Part shown: in pieces, positions 40,918 through 55,330 of the stretch | Numbering within the stretch: position 1 is the first letter of the stretch | Layout: every line of letters begins with the position of its first letter | Assembly: GCF_009914755.1 (NCBI RefSeq) | Contig: NC_060928.1 | Source of the DNA: the human T2T-CHM13v2.0 reference genome, Homo sapiens | DNA length: 64,000 bases | Reading direction: 5' to 3' (one strand) | Translations under genes and position numbers: made by a program | The notes under the pieces: generated by a model | What the model was told of the DNA's origin: nothing | What the model saw: only the letters and a program-made list of their open reading frames with translations | Databases searched by the model: none

Positions 40918-41789
40918 TTAATTTTGTTGGGGTGGGAGCAATGAGTCATTATCAAAATATCTTGCCAACTAAATATATTTATTCAATGTAACAAGACAAT
41001 CATATCACATTTACTGTAGGAGAAGAGTGCAGCCTATATTGAATTGTACAAAACATACTTCTTTAACCCTGGCTATATTTTTATAAAGGCAGGAACATGT
41101 ACTTGGCCAATTTTTGAACGTTGTAGGAAGGAATTTATTCTTTCATTGGTGGGGGGAGTTCGGCTGTTTACAAGTTGTGAAAAATGGAACCTCTCCTTTA
41201 AGCATTGTGCCATCTTCTTGAAGAGCACTTTTTGTGTATTAATCTTTCATTAGACCTAATTTTGAAATAAAGATTATTTTTGGTCTGATTTGGCAGGAGT
41301 TGAAATCGTTTGAGATAAAAATTTGTGTTGGCTTTAGTGTAGTAATATTCTATTCTAGACTGCGTGCCGTTTTAAGTGTATTTGCACTTGGTTTATGTTT
41401 CTGTGCCTGTCTCTATACTATACTTGAAATATATGCATGGTGTATTAGTTCTATATTGCTACATTTTAAAAAATGATGCCAAAACTTGGTTTCTGTGAGT
41501 CAGGAATCTGGATGTAGCTTAGCTGTGTTTTTCTGGCTCAAAATTCTTGTGAGGCTGCAATCAAAGTGTTGGCCAGGGCTGCAGTCATCTCAAGGTTTGA
41601 ACAGGAAAGGATCCTCTTCCATGCCCACCTCATGCCTATTGGTCACCTTCAGGTTCACACTCGGTAATAGGTGTGTGGGATGGGAATCATTCCTTGCTAT
41701 GTGAGTCTTCCCATAGGGCTAGTCACGACATGACATCTGGCTTCCTCCAGAGTTGCGGGGGGGGGGGGGGGGGGCGGGGGAGGGGGCCG

Positions 41790-42387
<598 letters not shown>

Positions 42388-43943
42388 TCACTTCTACCGT
42401 ATTTTATTAGAAATGAGTGAATAAACCCAGTTCACGCCCAGGGGGAGATTATATAAAGGCATGAATAGCAAGAGACAGGGATCACTGGGAGCCATTTAGA
42501 GGCTGCTTGTCACACATGATCAAAACTTACTGGTGATGAATTAAATTTCCTGAAACATATTAATAATAGTAATACAATTCAATGAAGATAAATTAATCAT
42601 TGAGAGTGAGGGTTTAATATTGTTCCTTCTACTAATTAAATATTTGAGAGTATGAAAATAGTTTCACTTTTTGGGGCCTCAGCTAAATACAGGTTTACTT
42701 GGGAGCTATTGGTCGTTTGGTTTCAGACCACTACAATAAAGTGAGTATCGAAATAAAGCAAGTCACATGAGTTTTTTTGGTTTACCAGTGCATATAAAAG
42801 TTATGTTTACACTATACTGCAGTCTATTAAGTATGCAATCGCATTATTTCTAAATATAACAGTATACATTATATACCTTAATCAAAAATACTTTATTGCT
42901 AAAAAATGCTAACAGTCACCTAAGCCTTCAGCAAGTGGTAATCTTTTTGCCGGTGGAAGGTCTCGCCTTCATGTTGATGGCTGCTGACCGATCGCAGTGG
43001 TGCTGCTCAAGGTTGGGGTGGCTGCGGCAATGTCTTAAAATAAGACAACAATGAGGTTTGTCACATCAGTTGACTCTTCCTTTCGTGGAAGATTTCTCTG
43101 TACCATGAGATGCTGTTTGATAGCATTTTACCCACAGTAGCACTTCTTTAAAAACTGGAATCGATCCTTTCAAATGCTGCCTCTGCTTTAACAACTAAGC
43201 TTAAATAATGTTCTAAATCCTTGCTGTCATCCCAACAATGTAACCGTCTTCACCAGGAATAGATTCCATCTCAAGAAACCACTTTCTTTGCTCATCCATA
43301 AGAAGCAACTTCTCGCCTGTTCAAGTTTGATCATGAGATTGCAGCAATTCAGTCACATCTTCAGGCTCCACTTCTAATTTTAGTTCTCTCGCTGTTCCCA
43401 TCATATCTGCAGTAACTTCCTCCGCTGAAGTCTTGAACCCCTCAAAGTCGTCTAGGAGGGTTGGAAACAATTTCTTCCAAACACCTGTTAATGTTCATAT
43501 TTTGACTTCCTCCCATGAATCATGAATATTTTTAATGGCATCTACAATGGTGAATCCTTTCCAGATTGTTTCAATTTACTTTGCCAACATCTATCAGAGG
43601 AATCACTATGCGTGGAAGCTATAGCTTTAAGAAATGTATTTCTTACATTGGAAGACTTGAAAGTCAAAATTATTCTTTGGTCCATGGGCTGCAGATGAAT
43701 GTTGTATTAGCAGGCATGAAAATAATACTAATGTCCTTGTATATCTCCATCAGGTTCATTGTCAATGAGCAGTAATGTTTGGAAAGGATTGTATTTTTCT
43801 GAGTAGAAGGTTTCAACATTGGGCTTAAAATATTCAGTAAACTATGCTGTAAATAGATATGCTATTATCCAGGCTTTGTTCGTCCATTTATAGAGCACAA
43901 ACAGAGTAGATTTAGCATAATTATTAAAGGCTCTGGGATTTTA

Positions 43944-44279
<336 letters not shown>

Positions 44280-44967
44280 TCACCAACTGTGTCAGCCCCT
44301 AACAAGAGAGCCAGCCTGTACTTTGAAGCTTTAAATCAGGCGTTGACTTCTCCTCTCTAGCTACAGAAGGCCTAGACGGTGTTGTCTTCAATATAAGGCT
44401 TTTTCATCTACATTGAACATCGGTTGTTTAGTATCATCACCTTCATCAGTGCTCTTAGCTAGATTTTCTGGATAAAATGCTAGTTTCTAACATCAGCACC
44501 TGTTGCTTCACCTTGCACTTTTATGTTAAGGAGAAGGCTCTTTTTCTTATGTCCCATGAACTAACTTCTGCTACTTTCCAACTCTCCTTCCCTCTCTCAG
44601 CCTACATAGAATTAAGAGAGTTAGGACCTTGCTCTGGATTAGGCTTCAGCTTAGCGGAATGTTGAGGCTGGTTTGATCTTCCGTCCTGACCACTTAAACT
44701 TTCTCATCAGCAATAAAGGTGTTTCACTATATTATTCATATTTTCACTGGAGTAGTACTTTTAATTTATTTCAAAAATTTTTTATTTGCATTCACAACTT
44801 GGCTAACTGGTGCAAGAAGCCTAGCTTTCAAATTATCTAGCTTTTGACATGCCTTCCTCACTAAGCTTAATCATTCCAAACTCTTGATTCAAAGTGAGGC
44901 ACATGCAACTGTTTCTTGTACTTAAACACTTAGGAGTCATTGTAGAGTTATTAATTAGTTAATTTCA

Positions 44968-45262
<295 letters not shown>

Positions 45263-45914
45263 AATTTCAATATTATTGTGTCTCAGGAAATAGACAGGTT
45301 GGAGTAGAGGGAGATGGAGGAATGGCCAGTCAGGGGGGCAGTCACAACACACACATTTGTTGATGAAGTTTGCTGTCTTATATGGAAGCAGTTCATGGTG
45401 CCTCATAACAATTACAACAGCAACATCAAAGATCACTGATCACAAACCACCATAACAGACATAATAATAATGAAAACACTTGAAATCGTGCAAGAATTAC
45501 CAAAATATAACACAGAGACGCAGAGTGAGCACGTGTTGTTGGAAAAGCAGCCCTGATAGACTTGCTGGATGCAAGATTGCCACAAACCTTCAATTTGTAA
45601 ACAACGGGGTATCTGCGAAGTTCAGGAAAGCAAGGTACGCCTGTGCTCATTTTTTGTTTATGTAATAAGATGGCAATGATCACATATAACCTGCTCTATG
45701 ATAGTATGTTGTTTAGGTCATAAGTTTTTTATTGTGCATTTTTTCAGTTTTAATATTTAAATAATCCATTGTATTTTCTGTTTACATATACAAATTATTT
45801 TGTAGTTTATGAATGTCCTGGTGGCTTAGGTATGAAGAGTGCCCATGCAAAGTAATAAGACTTGATTGTCCTGACAGCTCTGGCAAGTACTGACTGCATG
45901 CAAGTGACTTAGCA

Positions 45915-46030
45915 TTTTGCCCTTGTGAAAATTTGCTGAGAATGATGGTTTCCAGCTTCATCCATGTCCCTACAAAGGACATGAACTCATCATTTTTTAT
46001 GGCTGCATAGTATTCCATAGTGTATATGTG
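45915..46030 (-). mobile_element. 116-bp L1PA fragment, local copy of 46318-46433
   Basis: 112/116 identical by manual comparison; no tail or TSD of its own; sits in a MIR remnant. Confidence 0.92.
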
Positions 46031-46061
46031 TTTTTTCGTCTGTAAAATGTAGATGATAGTC

Positions 46062-48020
<1,959 letters not shown>

Positions 48021-50814
48021 TGGATAGTCTTAACCTCATAATATTCTTGTGAGAATTGAAGAGAATTGAAGGTCCTACTACATGTAAACATTTTGAAAAG
48101 TACTTATAGATTAAGTTCTCAAGTAGTATTTTTCTGTATTTTGTGGAAATTATGAAGTAGTAGTGTGGTAATAGTATTAGTAACAACACTTTGGGAAACA
48201 TTTTGAAATAATAGAAGCTGTCAGTGTTCAGCTGATAAATGGACCATTGGCTTTTAAGAAGAAATGAGGTAAAGGCTCTCATGTACCTGACATGTTATTA
48301 ATGAGTTCCTTGAAATAATTTTGACCTTTTCTCCCAGAAAATAAGTTTATATGGTTCAAAAGAAACTACTACTTAAAATATTAATTTTATGACAACTAAG
48401 TGTCAAGCAAAACAAAAGCCAGTGTGGGTGATCAAATTCAGTTGTGAGGTTTCATGTAGAAGAAAGCAAACCTCAAACTGAAATGCTCTGCACAAGAGGC
48501 CCATCCTGTAGAAACCCTGTGATAGGGAGATCAGAAAATTCCTCTCTACGGAGCTGAGTCTGTAACATCTACCGTAGCACAGTGATACCTTAGAGGAAAG
48601 GAAGTTTTATTTTTAGCTTTGGCGACATTTAATGAGAAGTTGGTGTTATTTTATATCAGATCAAACAGCATTTAATTGATTAATTTTACTCTGCAACGTG
48701 AGCAGTGTCTACAGTGGCTGGAGGGTTGGTAAGCAACACCTTCACACTTTCACTTGGATATTGCTCATTAAAAACTCTGTTTATGGCATTTCAGATGACA
48801 AAAGAACACAATCATGTAAAAAATTAACTGTTAAAACCCACGGTTTAAATATTGTATTACTAAAATAGTCATCATCATTTTCCAAATTCTACCTTGTGTC
48901 ATTTTTTTTTGTAATTTATTTCATATGTATTCATGAAATCTCTGAGAGTATCCTTGGGTTGTCTCAATGGGCTATTCATCTAAGTGTCTATCGTGAGTAA
49001 AACTGTAATAATCTACAATTAAAGGAACTTCTTCAGTGTCACGGCTTTACCATGGTGTAACATAAAATTGTAAGCCTGGAAATACAGTGTTCACTAGCAT
49101 ACCTTAATGATCCAACCTCTCCACAGTACACTCCATCAACAATTTATTCCCTATCCACATTTTATCTAGGCCAGGTGTGAAACTATTTTTGGAGTAAATC
49201 TAACACTTTCTACCTGCTTTTTCTTTTCTTCTCAAATCTAATTAAATATACAAAGAATATTAACTTTGGTTGATGAAGTGACTCTGTGCATTATTGTCTA
49301 ATAAACCAACACAATGTAACCAATGTACTGAGAATCCAAATTAATGCTGTCATTAAAGCCAAGGTTGAAGGCAAGGGAATTTGTCCCCTTTCACTGAGAG
49401 ATAATTGAAAGAGAGCCTGAAAAAGTTACTTTGCAGATAGATGGGTGCAGTATTAACCTGAATCAGAATGGGATCCAGTTCAGCCTTACTCCATCGACTA
49501 CCTCTGTTAATTTCTAGGGCTTTATTGCAGCTGAATTGCTTGTATCTGTGGGTGTGTTTTATAGATTTTATGGTTAAATAAGCACATAGTCATTACTGAG
49601 ATATACCGAGTTGTAAATTGGTTCATTTCATAGTTAGGAATAACTTTAGAACTGATTGTTAACAAAAATATTACTTCTCATCAGTCGCCTTGAGAGTTTA
49701 ATGGATATAAATGTCCCCTAGATGAAAGAGGGCCTGTGAGTGTTTTCTGTCTGTATCAGTATCCTCACCTCCACACACCACCATAAGCATAATGTATCTT
49801 GCACACAGCTCTCCATAGTTCAGTGTGATTATTTCTCAGTTGAGCTTTTTAACAGTTTTGTTGATTTCCAAAAAAAAAAAAAATCCACTTTCTATCTGGC
49901 GACAGATCAAGACTACTAAGAAAAATTTACAATTCAGCCTTAGTATGAAGAGTTTACAATTTCATTACATCTAAAATCGTCTTCTAAAGTTAGTCTAGAT
50001 TGACTAAGGAAATGAGCTACATTTATCAAATACTCCCGTCATGTCTAGACTCTTGAATTCTTTGTGGTATTATAAGTGACACATCCAAGTGTGATCATTT
50101 CTGTCTAGGGGCTGTGTCTCTCTTGTGGGACTAGGGATACTCCCAGTCCTCTCCAATGACCGTTGTCCAAGTGCTGACAATACAGTAAAATACCACAAAG
50201 ATAATGTCTCAAAAACTGTGCCACAAAGTATGGGTTTGGAAATGTTACCTAGAATGTTTCAACTGTATCCTTTGGTTATATTATGCCATTTAAAAATATT
50301 TAGAAGAATTACATATCAGAATATAAAATATATAATACAATGATTTTTTCCTAACACATGAATAGTCTATCATATTATAAAATTATACATTCATATTAAT
50401 TATTTTATATATATATTTCAATTGACTAAATTATCATTAGTATATGACCAGTGACAAAACATTTCATCAATTACCTGAACCATAATGATAATCATAATGA
50501 TAATAATAATAGTAAATGTCCCTGTTGTTTTGATAGAGTTTACTGGAGCCTGTGTGGGAATTAAATTCTTTATCATGATGATCAGGGAGTTTATTTAGAC
50601 TACATCGTTTTCTTTCAATTTGGGAACATTAATTTTTTTCAAAATGTATAGGACATTTCTCATGTCACTGAGAAAATCACGATGTATCAGTATTTATTTC
50701 ATTTGCAAGCTCCCTGTAATTACAGTGAAAACATGCCAGATATATAAATAAGCTATAGTAAATTAAAAAGAAATGCTTTTTTTTGCACCGTTGATTTTAT
50801 GAAAGCACACTAAT

Positions 50815-50970
50815 TCCATCATATTTTAACCTTTATGAACAGCTCTTTAAGCAGGTGAAGGGAAGTGATTATCAGGCTGTAGAAAATGAAGCTGAGGCCT
50901 AGGAAGGTCAATGCCTCAGATAACATGCTGAACACCCCTAGAGTCTAGACACAAGCCCAGCGTGTGTCCA
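50815..50970 (-). mobile_element. MIR fragment
   Basis: tttaacctttatgaacagctct ... attatc ... tagaaaatgaagctgaggcctaggaaggtcaa. Confidence 0.55.
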
Positions 50971-52180
50971 GTGCCACCATTAGCACTCTAAAGCAGGAGA
51001 CGCTATGGTAGTTTCCGGATATCCATCAAATATAAATGCAGGTTCACAAAATGAACTCATAATTTCATCAGTATCCAGGAAACTGAAGAAAGCACTCACA
51101 GCTAGAATACATAAAATATACTAATTTTTTCTCATTCAGACCTTCCTCAAATAAAATTAACATTATATCATGTGCAGAATAGTATTATCTATCCATCCAT
51201 CCATCCATCTACAGAAGCTTACATTTTTATCTCAATAGTGATTTGCAAGCTATTCTGAGTTCTGAATTAGGGCACGTAGGTCAGAAACTTTTAAAAGTAA
51301 AGTCATATAGACAGCTGTTGAACATTTGGATAAAGTTCCAATCACACTCATACACTAAAATGAATGTCCTCTATGCATTACCACTTAACACAAAGCAAGG
51401 CAAATTTATAAGAATTTCATTTACATGATGGGCTATATCTAGATCTAGAAAATGTCCCTTTGGGTAAATCGAATTAGTTATACAGTGTTGATTACTACAA
51501 ATGCAAAACATAGATTAAATGACATGGATTTATTTAATGTGTTGTTTTTTACCATACTAACCATAAAGTACATATTTATAGCATTTTCCAATGACTCACT
51601 CAATCTTTGAATCTCAACCTATTTTTTCTATTTTAACATAATGTTTTATACTTGTTTTGAATTTCCTTCTCCTTTAGGTTTCATGCTTAAATTATTCTCT
51701 TAGGAAAACTGGATATTTTGAATACTATATTAACTTTTTCCTGCTTACTGTGGGGTCAGGTCAGAAGCCAGACATTTTTCTCCCTTTCTGTTGACACAAT
51801 GGGCCTACACAAAACCAGCTCACAGTGTTTGATTTTATGATCAGAACCAGAAAAGAAAAATGGGAGGCTAAGTAAAAAGGAACATCAATGGAAAGAAAGA
51901 AAGAAAGAGAGAAGAAAAGAGAGAAAAAAGGTAGAATGAAATTGAGTAAATAACAGCATATAATGGTGAGCGATAGGGTGCTGTTAAAAAACCTCCCTGA
52001 TCTTCCTTCTTACCCCTTTCTGAATATGTCACGTGTTCTTTTTGACACTAAATGGATCTTTATGGCTTCAGTGTGATCATAGCCCAAATCTGGGATCACA
52101 AGTGTGTAGAATTTTCAGGAAGAAAGGAGGAAAGAAAGAGACAGGGGAGGGAGGGAGGAAAGAAGCATGTAAGCAGTGCT

Positions 52181-52770
52181 TGTTCCACACATTTTTGGGG
52201 GCCTATGGTCAGTTGAGGTCACCTGTGTCAATGGCGGCAAAAGTAACAGGGGAAAGCTAGGAGAAGCTTGCCTTTGTGAGGTGGGGCCCCTCACACATCC
52301 TCAACAGGGCAGGTTTTGAGGACCTGTATTCACAGGACTTTGCAGTAGACTGTCTCCATCTCTGGGTAAAGGCCATTCCTCTGGTCCAACTGCTTTTAAA
52401 AGTTGGAAAAAATTGTCCCTGTTTGGGATCTCAATGGGATCACTGGCACCCTCTCTACCTAGAGGGGACAGGTGCAGTACTGCATCCCAGATCCTAATGA
52501 AGGTCATGCATGCCTTTATCTTTATCTGAAATTAGGCTCATCTGTGGTCTTTTCAATAGAATATTTCAGGGACTTGTAAACAGAGAACAAGAGAGCTTGA
52601 AGGACTTAACTTGCGGTTGTACAAGTTGTCCTGAGTTTGTTGAGTTGAGGGGGGCCACTCTTCTCTTCCCCAGCTATAAGGCCCCACCTTGAGTATATAT
52701 TTATAGGACACATGACTGTTAGGGCCACTGTCCCGGCCACAAGGCATTCCCCTCTTCCCTGAAATTAACA
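52181..52770. mobile_element. Probable old solo LTR, family unassigned
   Basis: ~590-bp GC-richer block in AT-rich DNA bounded by TGTT...AACA; no convincing TSD. Confidence 0.4.
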
Positions 52771-54769
52771 TTCAAATATATTTATTTCTAATGGTTTCTT
52801 TTCTCACACCATCAAAGATATTCGTGACTTTTTAATTAATTTTTCCAGTTTATTTTGTATTTTTACATATTACTGTGTTATTGTTAGATGAAATATAAAT
52901 GGATTTTTAACTCTGAAAAAGTGCTTTTTATTGAATATATTTTTAAATCCTACTAATTGCATTATTTTGATTAACTGGAAGAAAAGGACAATTGTAGTGT
53001 AGACAATCAAACAGAAATTCAAAATATTTCTAAAGCAAAATGGGTAGTCACTTAAATGAAATAGCCATATTATAAATGCAAATGATTCATTTTGCACTTA
53101 TCACTAAAAACAACACTTGAACCTCACAATATGCATGAAGATTGTGTTTCCTGTGATTGAATTCAATGGCAAGAATAAAGTTGGAGAAAAAATATACAGG
53201 GGAAAGAATTTCTAGAAATAAAATTCGGGCTTTCGGAAACAATGCACATTGTAACCGATAGCATCTCAGCAAGTGTGCCATCTTTACTGACAAAATACAA
53301 AGTAATTTTAAATATTTAAGCAAATAGGCAAAAACGATTGATGAAAGCACATTTGCTAAATTGAAATAATGGCCATTACCAGTGATTGTGAAACAATGAA
53401 TCTTTGCCTAAAGCAGTGAGTGCAATAAGGCTTTTCATAACTTTTTGTATGCATAGTAAAGACTAAATTTGTTGCAGCATCCACAGAGATTTAAATTAAT
53501 TTCAGAAAGAAAATTATTACATTAATTTGTTTTCATCAAATATAATTTAGAATTAGTTATTCAATAAGGGTTTTCCCAGTAGCCTTTAATAAAATGATAG
53601 AGATGGGCTTAGGGGGAGAGAATCTTAATTGTTCAGCATTCCATTTCTGTTTGAATCATTTTGGAACTTAGTTATTAGTATGAAGCAGCTTCAGTAAACT
53701 GGTGTTTGTAAACTAGTGTCTCTGACTCCCAGCCCTGCTCTCGTATTATTATTATTGTTATTACCTTTAAAGAAACACACACATGCAGATTTGTTTTAGC
53801 CTGCATTGTTTGAAGAACATTCTCCTTGTTCTTCAAAGCATAGCATAACCAGAAGAATGGATTTCAAATGCCATCTCAGTCTGTTAAAATTTATAACTCA
53901 TTGAGGCACATCCTATGGGTTCCCAAGCATCCCTACAAATACACAGTGGGCACCTGGCGAATGTCCATTAAGTCTTTAGATTGCCTGACTGCTGTTCAAT
54001 AAGATATAGCTTCCATAGACTAGATAAATGTAGCCTTGAGCTTGATGGAGTTCACCCCAACAATGCGGGTCTGCATAAACCTGTTCAAAGGAAACCGGCA
54101 CTAGATAGAGAGTCTAATTATAGCAAGGTTGTATTTTAGGTTCTTCCAGTGAAGAAGACTTACATTAGACTCTCTTCTCTTTTATTAGACTCTCCTTTAG
54201 GTTCTTCACTGGAAGATTGCACCAAGCATATACCCTTGTTTCTTCTGATTTGTTGATGTAAATAAAAATTTTTTAAAATAATACATGTAAAACCATTTGC
54301 AGAACATTAAGTCATTATAGAATGATAGCATAGTTTGCAACAGATTTGCATCTGAATTCCAGTTTCTTATCTAAATTAGCTGGAAAGTTGGAGTCTCATT
54401 TGGTCAACAATTAATACATGATGACTGTTAGCAGAGAATTGGAGAATTGTGATCCACACTCTGTGCACAGGCTGAAGGCTGCTACTGCATCTGTCTCGCA
54501 TATTTTTCTTTAGTAGCTGTTGCCCTCATCCCTTCAAAACACTTACCTGCTTGCTACCACTTCTCCTTCCTCTCTGCAACAGCAGGCTATGCCATATCTT
54601 TCAGCAAGATTAACAGAAGACTAGAGCTTGAGCACTTGCTGTGCCATTAAAGTAAAGTGTGCTGACCCTTGGCAAAAAAAAAAAAAAAAAAAAAAAACAG
54701 ACAATAAATATTGGGTTTAACTGTCTCAAGGAATAAGTGATTGAATAAATAAATGAATAGTGTAAGTAG

Positions 54770-55330
54770 CAGTCTACATTTATTAGGTGTCTGCCGTATA
54801 TATGGTATCATGTTTGATACCATCCTCTCTTAAAAAAGTAATGTTTCTGGTCTCAAGTGATGTGACTGGCAGAACAAAGGCATACAAATGAAGAGCTAGC
54901 AATAGTCAGCACATATTCATGGATAATTGAGAGAAACAGTTAAGGGTAGTGGCAATGTGTGTAAGGACTAGTAGAATAAAGAGGAAGGAGAGAGCACCCC
55001 AAGCTTAAATAACTAGTGAGGCTTCCTTAAATAGAGCTTGAGGAAAAGACACAGAACTGGTGAAATAGATGGGAAATAGAGAGAACTTGAGGAAAAGACA
55101 CAGACCTGGTGAAATAGATGGGAAATAGAGAGAACTTGAGGAAAAGACACAGACCTGGTGAAATAGATGGGAAATAGAGAGAACTTGAGGAAAAGACACA
55201 GACCTGGTGAAATAGATGGGAAACAGAGAGAACTTGAGGAAAAGACACAGACCTGGTGAAATAGATGGGAACAAACCACCCATGCCAGGAAACATGGTGG
55301 GATTAGCAAAGGTGCAGGAGCTTGAAGAAG
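54770..55330 (-). mobile_element. L2 remnant containing the 49-bp VNTR
   Basis: acatttattaggtgtctgcc ... gaggcttcctt ... agcttgag ... catgccagg ... agcaaagg follows the antisense L2 order. Confidence 0.5.
55029..55271. repeat. 49-bp minisatellite, ~5 copies
   Basis: Unit aaatagagagaacttgaggaaaagacacagacctggtgaaatagatggg; cttgagg anchors at 55037, 55086, 55135, 55184, 55233. Confidence 0.97.

Noticed and set aside
54646-54697. ATTAAA followed 22 nt later by A24, as a retrocopy 3' end
   Set aside because: No target-site duplication or recognisable parent found; the tract fits at least as well as a minus-strand polypyrimidine tract.
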